A stretch of DNA of 64,000 bases from an uncultured virus (IMG/VR IMGVR_UViG_3300005613_000038) (taxonomy: Duplodnaviria; Heunggongvirae; Uroviricota; Caudoviricetes): the IMG/VR virus record IMGVR_UViG_3300005613_000038; one strand, 5' to 3'. Below are positions 1-9,456 of the stretch, piece by piece (position 1 is the stretch's first letter; the number at the start of each line of letters is the position of its first letter). Below the pieces are notes generated by a model. It did not search any database. It was not told the DNA's origin and saw only the letters and a list, made by a program, of their open reading frames with translations. The translations under genes were made by a program, and so were the position numbers.

Positions 1-255
1 GCACTTGTCAAAATTATGGGATGATATTTTAGAAGAAATAACAGAGCATTACCTTAATATATGCAATCAGTTGGAGAAATATGGGTATTCTATTTTAGAC
101 TATAGAATGGATTTTGATGAAATACAAGAACATTGCGAGGCAAACGAGTATAATTTTTTTGAAGATGGTAATATGGCAAATTTATAATATGCAGACTTTG
201 ACAAAGTAAATATAGTTAATAAAAAATTATTAATTTATAACAAAAGGAAAGTAAA

Positions 256-759
256 ATGTTTAAAAAAATTGATTTTGATAGAGCATTTCAATATTTAGGT
301 TTTTTATTATTCTTGAGTTGTATTTGTGTGATAATTTATGAGGTTGATAAATATAATACGAAAGAAGAATATTGTCAAAATTTAGAACATACTGAAATTT
401 CTTATCCTTTGGTAACATTGAACGGAAAAACATTTAAATCAACAAAAGGAAAAATAACAGGATCATTTTTTCTTATAATGGGTTCAATGAATGGAAATAT
501 AGAAACAAATCAAAATTATATTTTACGATATATGTATAAAGATAAATATGGAGCTAAAATAGAAACACAAACAGTAACAAATAATTCAAATATAAGAATA
601 AAAGAAATAGATGGAAATCAAGCAAAAATGATTATATTAAAAAAATATTATAGTAATGGCACTGGGCAAGAAGCGTGTACAGAAACAGAAATTATGAAAA
701 TTTTTGAAGTTCCAAAAGGAACTATTTATAAAGAATATAATGTTAATTTGAACAATTAA
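256..759 (+). CDS. hypothetical membrane-anchored protein
   Basis: 167-aa ORF with AAGGA RBS and an N-terminal hydrophobic helix (YLGFLLFLSCICVII). Confidence 0.55.
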   Translation: MFKKIDFDRAFQYLGFLLFLSCICVIIYEVDKYNTKEEYCQNLEHTEISYPLVTLNGKTFKSTKGKITGSFFLIMGSMNGNIETNQNYILRYMYKDKYGAKIETQTVTNNSNIRIKEIDGNQAKMIILKKYYSNGTGQEACTETEIMKIFEVPKGTIYKEYNVNLNN

Positions 760-770
760 AAGGAGAAAAA

Positions 771-1199
771 ATGAACAGTTTTATTAAAAGTTGTTTAGTT
801 GGATGGTTTATCACAGTAGTTGTATTTTTCTTTATCGGAGTTGCTTTTGCTTATAATCCTAACAGTTTTATTGATGAAGAAACTTTAACTGTTCAGGGTA
901 ATAGACCAAAGATTGATGTTGAATTATCAGAAATTACAATTAATATCGACCCCGAAGATTTTGTTGATGGAGTTTTTGAAAAAAGTATTGTAATTTCAAA
1001 TGAAGGCAATGTTCCTTGTAGATTAAAATTAGCATTAGAGGATGTTCCAGTTGATTTAAAAGTTGAAGCTACTGTTGATGATGATTTTCTTCTTAAAAAT
1101 GAAACTACAAATTTGAATATTGTTGTAGAATTATCAGAACAACAAGAAACAGAAAGTTTTACTTTTACTATTGTAGTTGAAGCTAGATTAAGACCATAA
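771..1199 (+). CDS. secreted acidic beta-rich (Ig-like) protein
   Basis: AAGGAG RBS, signal-peptide-like N-terminus ending AFA, ISNEGNVP motif typical of Ig-like folds. Confidence 0.45.
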   Translation: MNSFIKSCLVGWFITVVVFFFIGVAFAYNPNSFIDEETLTVQGNRPKIDVELSEITINIDPEDFVDGVFEKSIVISNEGNVPCRLKLALEDVPVDLKVEATVDDDFLLKNETTNLNIVVELSEQQETESFTFTIVVEARLRP

Positions 1200-1202
1200 A
1201 TT

Positions 1203-1547
1203 ATGAAATTAACAAATTGTTTACTTTTAATTCTAATATGCTTAATTGCTTTTCAGAAATTTTCTGAAAAGAAAAAAGAAACTGTATCATTAAAAGAAAA
1301 ACCTACAATTACAATAGGAAAAAGAGAAACAAAAACAATTAATGTTGTTAGTAAAAATAAAAATCCTGTTAAACACTCTACTACGTTTAGACAATATATG
1401 GACACAGATGGAAGAAGCACAACAGGATTAAGTCATAATATAAGAATAGGAAAAAATTATTATATTAGTGGTGGAATTACAACAAGAGAAACAAGTTATA
1501 ATGATAGAGAAGTATCAGGACAATTTTCAGCTACAAAATATTGGTAA
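1203..1547 (+). CDS. hypothetical exported/membrane protein
   Basis: N-terminal hydrophobic stretch, C-terminal beta-strand-like region ending in W. Confidence 0.4.
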   Translation: MKLTNCLLLILICLIAFQKFSEKKKETVSLKEKPTITIGKRETKTINVVSKNKNPVKHSTTFRQYMDTDGRSTTGLSHNIRIGKNYYISGGITTRETSYNDREVSGQFSATKYW

Positions 1548-1564
1548 TAAGATGAAAAAATATA

Positions 1565-1681
1565 ATGGAATTAGACGATATTACAGGTGATGCAATATAC
1601 TTTAGGAAAGTTGAAGAGGAAAAAAGAAGTTGGCACATGGTTTTTACTATTAAAATTGATAAACATTTATTTTATAAATAA
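1565..1681 (+). pseudogene. remnant of a SleB-like cell wall hydrolase C-terminus
   Basis: My translation MELDDITGDAIYFRKVEEEKRSWHMVFTIKIDKHLFYK* parallels the C-terminus of 2646-3089 (MKLDDITNGAIFFKTINEKKRSWHQVFTIKIGNHLFYK*). Confidence 0.8.
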
Positions 1682-1704
1682 GGAGAAAATTAAAGGAGAT
1701 TAAC

Positions 1705-1878
1705 ATGTTATTAAATGTCAAACAAGTTAAACTTTATGCAAAAATAAATAATAAATAAATTTCAAAGGAAGCTATTGAATTATTAGAAAGAAAAATAACA
1801 ACAATATTAGATGATGCTATTAATATTACTGGAAGATTTAAAAGGATAAGAGCAATTGAAATTGAACAAATTAAATAA
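1705..1878 (+). pseudogene. histone-fold-like small protein with an in-frame TAA at 1756-1758
   Basis: AAGGAG RBS, then MLLNVKQVKLYAKINNK*ISKEAIELLERKITTILDDAINITGRFKRIRAIEIEQIK; length and pattern resemble prokaryotic histone singlets. Confidence 0.6.
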
Positions 1879-1894
1879 GAAAGGAGAAATAATA

Positions 1895-2509
1895 ATGCGT
1901 TTATGGTCGCTACATCCAAAATATTTAGACACTAAAGGTTTAATTGCTTTATGGCGTGAAAGTTTATTAGCTCAAAGTGTATTATTAAAAGGAGAATATA
2001 CTGAATGTCCTAGATGTGAAGGAGTAGGATGGGGATTAATTGATAAAGCTAAAGATAACGTAAAATATAATGATTGTCCTAAATGTAATGGTAAAGGAAA
2101 AATTAAAACTCCTTATTATAATCATCCTCAATTAAAGAGATTTAAAAATTGCCCTTCCACGAAAATAAATTGTATAGACGAATTTAGAATAATTAAAAAT
2201 CCTTATGAATATATACAAACATATTTATTTTATATTTGGGAAGAAGCTAATAATAGAAGTTATGATTTTGATATAAATAAAATCTCTGGATATTACTCTA
2301 AATTAAAATTAACAGTTACAAAAGGTCAATTAATTTATGAATTTAATCATTTACAAAATAAGTTATATAAAAGAAATTTTAATAAATGGAATAATAATAA
2401 TAAAAATCTTCATTTATCAAGTGACAGGGGCATATTCCCTTTTGTATTTTTAAAACCTCATCCACTTTTTAAAGTAATTGATGGTAATGTAGAAAGTTGG
2501 GAAAAATAA
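1895..2509 (+). CDS. pyrimidine-dimer DNA glycosylase (endonuclease V family) with an inserted Zn finger
   Basis: MRLWSLHPKYLD..GLIALWRESLLAQ and YYNHPQLKRF family motifs; AAGGAG RBS before ATG 1895. Confidence 0.8.
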   Translation: MRLWSLHPKYLDTKGLIALWRESLLAQSVLLKGEYTECPRCEGVGWGLIDKAKDNVKYNDCPKCNGKGKIKTPYYNHPQLKRFKNCPSTKINCIDEFRIIKNPYEYIQTYLFYIWEEANNRSYDFDINKISGYYSKLKLTVTKGQLIYEFNHLQNKLYKRNFNKWNNNNKNLHLSSDRGIFPFVFLKPHPLFKVIDGNVESWEK

Positions 2510-2645
2510 AATGAAAAAATCTAAAGAATTTTACAAAAGAATGAAATTATGAATAAATATTTTCATAAAGAATATAAATTAGGAGTATTTAGATTATCTA
2601 TTTATAAATTAAAAAATAAATGGACAATTAGATTGGAGATTAGTC

Positions 2646-3089
2646 ATGGTTGGAACTAAACTGAAAAAAATTATATTCATGCTCTTGATTTTTAATATTA
2701 TATATGTTATACTTTTATCAATAGTAAATGCAGAACGAAGTTATACTCTTAATGAAGTAGTTGCATCTGTAATCTGTGCAGAAGCATGTGGCGAAGGCGA
2801 AGTTGGAATGTATGCAGTAGCAAATGTAATAGCGAACAGAAGTAGAAAATATAATATAACCCCTTATGAAGTGGTTAAACAGAAAAATCAATTTTATGGA
2901 TATATTGCTTCTAATAGAGAAGAACTTTATAATCAATGTGGAAAAATAGCAGATAGATTAACCGCAAATATAATGAAATTAGATGATATTACAAATGGAG
3001 CAATTTTCTTTAAAACTATCAATGAGAAAAAAAGAAGTTGGCATCAAGTATTTACAATTAAAATTGGAAATCATTTATTTTATAAATAA
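2646..3089 (+). CDS. SleB/CwlJ-like cell wall hydrolase (Hydrolase_2)
   Basis: AEACGEG..GMYAVANVIANR, NQF and IGNHLFY motifs; N-terminal signal/anchor. Confidence 0.85.
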   Translation: MVGTKLKKIIFMLLIFNIIYVILLSIVNAERSYTLNEVVASVICAEACGEGEVGMYAVANVIANRSRKYNITPYEVVKQKNQFYGYIASNREELYNQCGKIADRLTANIMKLDDITNGAIFFKTINEKKRSWHQVFTIKIGNHLFYK

Positions 3090-3101
3090 AAGGAGAATAA
3101 A

Positions 3102-3803
3102 ATGATTAAAAAAGAAATTGAAAAAATAATAAAAGAATTAAATTTAAATTGCACTATAAAGGAGTTTCAAGATAAAGTTGATTGGAATCGGATTTCAAGA
3201 TATCAAAATTTATCTGAAGAATTTATCAGAGAATTTAAAAATAGAGTTGATTGGAATAATATTTCAATATATCAAAAATTATCTGAACCTTTTATCAAAG
3301 AGTTTCAAGATAAAGTTAGTTGGAATCGGATTTCAATGTATCAAAATTTATCTGAACCTTTTATCAGAGAGTTTCAAGATAAAGTTGATTGGAATAATAT
3401 TTCAATGTGTCAAAATTTATCTGAAGAATTTATCAGAGAGTTTCAAGATAAAGTTGATATTAAAACATATAATGATGCTCATAAAAAGAAAAATATTATC
3501 CAAAAAAGAAAAAAAGTAAAAGAATATGCCAAAAAATATAATTTAAAATATAATAAAACATATATATATGCTTATAGAAATCATGATAAATTAGGTAGAG
3601 GCATAATTAAACCTACTCAATATAAGAAAAATATATATTATAGAGATTGGCATATAGATATGAGAGAAGATGTTAAAAACAGTTTTGGTTTTGGTGTTTT
3701 TCCTAAAGGAAATACAAAAGTAAAAGTTAAAATAAAAGACTGGGGTTGTGCTGTTATAAGAGAAGATGGAAAAGCTAGAGTGCTTGGATTTGAAATTATT
3801 TGA
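3102..3803 (+). CDS. tryptophan-repeat protein
   Basis: 23-aa tandem repeats EFQDKVDWNxISxYQxLSExFIR followed by a distinct C-terminal domain. Confidence 0.75.
   Translation: MIKKEIEKIIKELNLNCTIKEFQDKVDWNRISRYQNLSEEFIREFKNRVDWNNISIYQKLSEPFIKEFQDKVSWNRISMYQNLSEPFIREFQDKVDWNNISMCQNLSEEFIREFQDKVDIKTYNDAHKKKNIIQKRKKVKEYAKKYNLKYNKTYIYAYRNHDKLGRGIIKPTQYKKNIYYRDWHIDMREDVKNSFGFGVFPKGNTKVKVKIKDWGCAVIREDGKARVLGFEII
3162..3458 (+). repeat. 69-bp coding tandem repeat, about 4.3 copies
   Basis: gagtttcaagataaagtt..tggaat..atttca..tatcaaaa.ttatctgaa recurs at 69-nt spacing. Confidence 0.9.
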
Positions 3804-3814
3804 AAGGAAATGCT

Positions 3815-4840
3815 ATGAATTTTATTACTGAATTATGCAATCAAATTAATTATGAAGTTGAAAATAATTCTAAAGTTATCACAGAAGATGAAAAACAATC
3901 TCCTTTAGAAATTGTTTTGAAACCTGAAATTTTAAATACTTCAAATGTTGAAGAAGGAGAAGGAAACACTTCATATAGACCCGATTCATTTGATGAATAT
4001 ATCGGTCAAAACACAGCAAAACAAAGAGCATTGTGTTATATTGAAGGGTGTCAGAAATATAATGATAATTTTCCCAATACATTTTTATCAGCACCATCGG
4101 GTTGTGGAAAAACTGTGTTTGCAAATATATTAGCGAATATGCTTGATAAAAAATTTGTTACATGTACTGCTGGCGAAATTAAAAGTGAACAGCAATTAGT
4201 TGATAAGATAGTTGAGTGTGCGGGCGGAATCTTATTTCTTGATGAAGCACATAGAATTACAAATAAAATAGGCACATTCTTGCTTCCTATATTAGAAGAA
4301 TATAAAATCACCGGCAAAAAAATTAAACCTTTTAGTATGTTCTTTGCCACAACTCATAAAGGAAATTTATCAGAAAATTTATCAGCATTAGTGCAACGAT
4401 TTCCTTTACAAATTGAATTGAATGATTATACAGAGAATGAATTAATTAAAATTTTTGAACAATTTAATGCAAAACAATATGATACCGAAACAGTTTCGAA
4501 CGAGATATTAAAGAATATAGCAAAAAATTGTAGACAAACACCTCGAATAGGATTGAGTTTAATAAGAGAATATATCTATATTAAAGATTGGAAACAGATA
4601 AAAATAAACAATAACATAGTTCATAATAGTTTAACAGAACGAGATATTAAACTTTTAAAATACATTCGATTATCTGGAGGCGCTGGCAAAAATTCTTTGT
4701 CAAAATATTTAAGAGTCGAAGCTAAAACATATGAATTTGAGATTGAACCATTTCTCATTAATCAAGAGTTAATAACTATAAGTAATAAAAGAAAAATTAC
4801 AGAAAAAGGAAAGATATTATTAGAAGGATTAGAAAAATAA
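3815..4840 (+). CDS. ruvB: Holliday junction branch-migration ATPase, RuvB-like
   Basis: RPDSFDEYIGQ, Walker A SAPSGCGKT, Walker B LFLDEAHR, QTPR, and EPFLI in the C-terminal wHTH. Confidence 0.85.
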   Translation: MNFITELCNQINYEVENNSKVITEDEKQSPLEIVLKPEILNTSNVEEGEGNTSYRPDSFDEYIGQNTAKQRALCYIEGCQKYNDNFPNTFLSAPSGCGKTVFANILANMLDKKFVTCTAGEIKSEQQLVDKIVECAGGILFLDEAHRITNKIGTFLLPILEEYKITGKKIKPFSMFFATTHKGNLSENLSALVQRFPLQIELNDYTENELIKIFEQFNAKQYDTETVSNEILKNIAKNCRQTPRIGLSLIREYIYIKDWKQIKINNNIVHNSLTERDIKLLKYIRLSGGAGKNSLSKYLRVEAKTYEFEIEPFLINQELITISNKRKITEKGKILLEGLEK

Positions 4841-5130
4841 ATTATCATGAGGAGTTTTAAAAATGGGTATAGAAATATTATTAATTATATTAATTTTAAT
4901 TGTATTAGATAAGGAGTAAATAATGTCATTATTATCAATATTCGATTTAAAATTTTATTCTGATAAAACAATGAATAAAACATCCTTATTTTTAATTGAA
5001 GCATTAAATAGAATGAAAAATAAACGACAATTTCATCAAGAAGAATATGAAGATGTAATCTGCCCTTTTCAATTAATGCTAATATTAAACGAAGTTGCTA
5101 ATGACTTTGATAATAAGAGAGGGAACGAAA

Positions 5131-5940
5131 ATGCAGTTAGATGAATTTAAAAATTATTTGAAATTACATGTTAATTCAAAAAATACACAGATTCAATATC
5201 TAAGTAGAATAAATCTATTTTTTGATACATATAGAGAATTTACTCAAAAAACTGTAAATGATTTTCTCGCATTATGTGTTGATAAAAAATTAAAAGCTCA
5301 TACCTTTAACGGATATATGAACGCATTAAAACATTATGCTAAATTTATAAAATTAGATATTGAGTTTCCTAAACAAAAGAGATCTAATAAAACAAAAAAA
5401 TCTTTTTTAACTTTAAAAGAATTAGAAACAGAAATATTACCTTATTTTGATTATATCTTTAAAGACCCAGAAAAAAGAAAATTAATTGTTAGATTAATGT
5501 TTTGTTCTGGATTAAGACCTTGTGAAATTGTTAATTTAAAAAAACAAGATTTAGATTTTAAAAATAATTGGATCACTGTTAGAAACACAAAAGATAAAGA
5601 AGATAGAATAACCTTATTAGTTTCAGGATTACAATCTGAATTAAAAAAAATATGTGAAGAAACACAGAGGGAATCTTTATTTAATATTAAATTACCCTAT
5701 ATTAAATATATCTTTTTACAATTAAATGAAATGTTAAATTATAAAAAACATCTTCATAGTTACCAATTAAGACATTCCTTTGCCCATCATTGTTTACAAC
5801 AAGGCATTGATTTAAAAAGAGTACAAGAAATGATGGGACATTGGGATATTAAAATGACTGAGGAATACTTATCTCTTGAGCCACATGAAATTATAGATGT
5901 TGCAGTTAAAAAATTTAAATTTAAGAAAGGAATAAAATGA
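5131..5940 (+). CDS. tyrosine recombinase (XerC/D-like)
   Basis: GLRPCE, YQLRHSFA (Tyr at the usual His of HxxR), MGH..I..T..Y catalytic motifs. Confidence 0.9.
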   Translation: MQLDEFKNYLKLHVNSKNTQIQYLSRINLFFDTYREFTQKTVNDFLALCVDKKLKAHTFNGYMNALKHYAKFIKLDIEFPKQKRSNKTKKSFLTLKELETEILPYFDYIFKDPEKRKLIVRLMFCSGLRPCEIVNLKKQDLDFKNNWITVRNTKDKEDRITLLVSGLQSELKKICEETQRESLFNIKLPYIKYIFLQLNEMLNYKKHLHSYQLRHSFAHHCLQQGIDLKRVQEMMGHWDIKMTEEYLSLEPHEIIDVAVKKFKFKKGIK

Positions 5941-6272
5941 AAAATGAAAAAGTAATCAATCAATTTTTTGTTCCTCATAATATCTTAGATGAGGGTAAAT
6001 TTAAAAAAATGAAAAAAAGCTCTCAACTTTTATATATTTATATGTGTAAATTAAAAAATAGACATGGTGATGGTTTTTATAAACATATTGAAGATTTTCA
6101 AAAAGAAACAAATATGGGATTATCCACAATTCGTAAAGCTAAACAACAACTTATAGATAAAAAATATATAAATGTAAAGAGAGATTTCTATTTACATGGT
6201 GGATATCGTTCTGCTGATAGATATTATTTAAATGGATATAAATATCAAGATTCTAATGTTCATTTTAAATAA
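5937..6272 (+). CDS. winged-helix DNA-binding protein, putative replication initiator
   Basis: FFVPHNI..SQLLYIYM..ETNMGLSTIRKAKQQLIDKKYI matches the N-terminal wHTH pattern of phage replisome organisers. Confidence 0.6.
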   Translation: MKNEKVINQFFVPHNILDEGKFKKMKKSSQLLYIYMCKLKNRHGDGFYKHIEDFQKETNMGLSTIRKAKQQLIDKKYINVKRDFYLHGGYRSADRYYLNGYKYQDSNVHFK

Positions 6273-6321
6273 GTCCAAGCGTATCATTTTGAGTAAGTCC
6301 AGGCGTATCATTTTGATACGC
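6260..6321. repeat. 24-bp direct repeats (about 2.5 copies) ending in a palindrome
   Basis: tcattttaaataagtccaagcgta / tcattttgagtaagtccaggcgta / tcattttga; gcgtatca-ttt-tgatacgc at 6303-6321. Confidence 0.9.
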
Positions 6322-6392
6322 TATAATATAGTAAAATAAGAAATAAATAATAAGAAGTACTAAACTATTACACTACATAAAAATTTAACTTC

Positions 6393-6432
6393 GAAAATCA
6401 AAGATTTTCTTGTTCAAAAACTAAAGTTTTTG
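6393..6432. other. two adjacent short inverted repeats
   Basis: gaaaatc-aaa-gattttc (6393-6409) and caaaaact-aa-agtttttg (6415-6432). Confidence 0.75.
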
Positions 6433-6618
6433 CTAATTTAAATGCTTTTTAATTTCGATTGATAAGACACAAAAATACGTGCGAGAAAACGCTTTCTTTC
6501 AAAAATATAGTATATTGGTATAGTTTAAAGGAGAAATTGCAGTGAGAGCAATCCTGAAGCGATTACAACCCATTGTAGAAGCATATCTAATAACATTTTT
6601 AAAGTATATAAAAACAAG

Positions 6619-6654
6619 TCTAATTATTCTAACTATTCTAATAATTCTAATTAT
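6619..6654. repeat. 4 x 9-bp AT-rich tandem repeat
   Basis: tctaattat tctaactat tctaataat tctaattat. Confidence 0.85.
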
Positions 6655-6698
6655 ATATGCAATTATTATAAAAATATTTAAAATATATCAATTTTTTA

Positions 6699-6728
6699 TT
6701 GACAAAGAGTAGTTTTATATGTTATACT
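6699..6728 (+). promoter_or_regulatory. sigma70-type promoter with extended -10
   Basis: TTGACA-N18-TATACT with TG-n before the -10. Confidence 0.8.
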
Positions 6729-6990
6729 TAACTAAATGAAGAAATAAAATGAAAACATTTAGTGTAATATGTATGTTAATTATTGGTATTATTGTTATGT
6801 TTTGCAAGGAAGGATAAAATATAAAAGAAATTAAGCGAATTATTATCGACAAATGTTATAAACCACAAATTCTATATAGATATAACATAGAATTTGAAGA
6901 TAATTCTTCAATGGGAAGTTGTTTTTGTTACATTTCTTTTGAGAAATGTTATAAACAATTAGAAAAAAGTTTAATAGATTTTGGAGAATA

Positions 6991-7342
6991 ATGATGAAAG
7001 AATATTGTGTTGATTTAGAAATAGCAAAAGAGTTAAAAAAAATATAATTATTCACAATGTAGTTATTATTATTTTAAAAGAAATGATGATTGGTGTTTAA
7101 AAGATTTTAAATCTGATATTAGAAGAAATTATCCAGCTCCAACTTCTGATGAGATATTAAAAGAAATATTATTTAATATTGAAATTCATAAAAATTCTGC
7201 TGAATTCACTGTTTTAATGAGATATTATTTTGATAATATAGATTTTAGATACAATAAAAAAAGTGTTATAACTTTTGAAGATAAAAAACTCTCTAATGCT
7301 CTTGCAAAAATGTACATACATTTAAAGAAAGAAGGCTTTTAA
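6991..7342 (+). pseudogene. phage hypothetical gene frameshifted at an A8 tract (7035-7042)
   Basis: MMKEYCVDLEIAKELKK, then the +1 frame continues for 99 codons (YNYSQ..YPAPTSDEILKE..LAKMYIHLKKEGF*). Confidence 0.7.
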
Positions 7343-7926
7343 AATGAGCTACTTCTTAGATTTTTCTAATCTATCAAAAGAAGATATAATTAAAATTAAA
7401 CAATCTATGTTAAAATTTAATATAAATTTTCAACAAGCTATTGGTAAATATATGAATGATCATCCTGGAAAAATTAAAGTTCTTGGTGAAATGAAAAATG
7501 GCGAGTTTATTAGAGATGAAATTGATGAAAATGGTGTTCATGAATATAAAGGAAAAGATGGAATTTCTCGTATGATGAAAGAAGTTATAAAGAATAAAGA
7601 GGATAAAGGAGAGTAACCATGAGTGAAACGACATATTCTAAACCCAATGATGAATATAGGACAATAAATTTAGAACAACTTGAGAAGTTGAAACAAAAGT
7701 TGGACGAACAATTTGCTGTTCCAATATTTATTATGCAGGAGAAACATGAAACAGGAAAAGAAGTGCAGTTAAGGTATTTTTAATATAACCCACAAAGAGC
7801 AAAGAGGGAAAATCATGAAATGTAAAATATGTAAAGTTGATTTTTATTCTGAAAATTTAATAAATGTTGCTTGTTTAATTGTATTTGGTAAATGTTCAAA
7901 ATGCTTGCAAATAGAACAGGATAATC

Positions 7927-7956
7927 TTGACAAAGCATAAATTTATGTGTTATACT
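7927..7956 (+). promoter_or_regulatory. sigma70-type promoter with extended -10
   Basis: TTGACAaagcataaatttatgtgtTATACT, 18-nt spacer. Confidence 0.85.
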
Positions 7957-8170
7957 TATAGAAAGAGGGAAAAGAAATGAATTTAAAATTTGGCGATAAA
8001 GTGAAAATTAAATCTGGATTTTATGAAGGAATTAAAGGTATTGTGATTGATTATAAATTTGATATATCAAATAAATATGAATATTATTTAAAGGCACATA
8101 AAGCAATAAATAAGTATGTAAATCAAAAAATTAAAATTTGGATTTCAGAAGATAAATTGGAGAAAATATA

Positions 8171-8695
8171 ATGAAAAAATTAATTATTATATTATTAAGT
8201 TGTTTTCTTTTAACTGGATGTTCTTTGGTTAAAACATTAGTATCTCCTTTTAAATCATTTAAGAGTAGTTTGCCACAACAAACTGAACAATCTAAAGTTA
8301 AAGTTGTTTGTAAAGGAGAAATGAATGTCGATGAAAATGGCAATGTTATTTATTGTTCCAGAGGATATTATTCGTATGCTAGTAATTATGAGCAAAAGGA
8401 AAGAAAATTATCTTTAAAAGAAAAAATTATTCAATTTTTTGATCATTTAACTGGTTATTTCTTTTGGATTGCAATAGCATTAGTGTTTATATGTCCATCG
8501 GCATTAGGATTTATTTTTGGAAGAGTTATTGAAGCTGTTGCAGGAATTGGTTCTAAAGCATTAAAATCAACGGTTAAAGCAATACAGAAAGTAAGAAAAG
8601 ATGGTAAAAATATTAATGAAGCTTTAGCTTCTGAACAGGATTCGGACGTAAAAACATATATAGCAAAATTAAAACAAAAAGAGAATATAACATGA
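8171..8695 (+). CDS. lipoprotein with an additional transmembrane helix
   Basis: lipobox LLTG-C after a signal peptide; later hydrophobic segment FFWIAIALVFICPSALGFIFG. Confidence 0.6.
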   Translation: MKKLIIILLSCFLLTGCSLVKTLVSPFKSFKSSLPQQTEQSKVKVVCKGEMNVDENGNVIYCSRGYYSYASNYEQKERKLSLKEKIIQFFDHLTGYFFWIAIALVFICPSALGFIFGRVIEAVAGIGSKALKSTVKAIQKVRKDGKNINEALASEQDSDVKTYIAKLKQKENIT

Positions 8696-9456
8696 AACAT
8701 GATGAATTTAATATTTTAGAATTAAAAGTTTTACAAAAAGATATAGTAAATATTTTACAAGAATATCAACATTATTATTTAGTAAGTTGTCATAGTCATG
8801 TTATACACGAATGTAAAATGTATGAAAATATTTTGAAAAAACTTCAATATAAATTAGATAAACAATGTCATGATTCAAAATTAAAATTTCAAATTCACAC
8901 GCTAGGATAATAAAATGACATATTTTACTATTTACTATAATGAACAATTAGTTTTTGCAACCTCAGAAATTTTACTTTTAGTATTAGTATTTATGTTAAG
9001 TATTTCTTTAACTTATTTACAAAATAAAAACAAAAGGAAAATATAAAATGAGATATAAAAGAAAAGATATTGTAAAACTTAAAATTGGCGGAGAATCAGC
9101 AATGATTTTACAAACATATGATATAAGCACGTTAGGAATGTTTGCTGATGAGTTGCCAGCATATGAAGTAAGATTGCCTAATTATGATAAAAAAATTGTA
9201 TCCGAATTTGAATTGGTGGATTAAATGCTTAGAGATAGTCAAAAAATTATTGATGTTTATCGTCGTTATTTAGAAATAACAGGAGATCTAGTAACTATTT
9301 TAGAACGTCATTATGAAAAATTAGATACAGATATTGAATTAAAAGAAAAGAGAAAAGAATTTGTTAAACACGCAAATAAAATAATTCATATTTTTAACGA
9401 TGATTTACATAAACTTTTAAAAATTAGTTTTGAATTAAGAAATATTGAAAAATATA

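Noticed and set aside
199..230. TTGACA at about 199 as a fifth promoter
   Set aside because: No matching TATACT at the 17-18 nt spacing seen in the other four
3162..3458. Trp-repeat variation as a diversity-generating retroelement target
   Set aside because: No reverse transcriptase or separate template repeat is seen; the variation looks like unit shuffling
6260..6321. 24-bp repeats as a mini CRISPR array
   Set aside because: The repeats are directly tandem with no spacers, and no cas genes are visible
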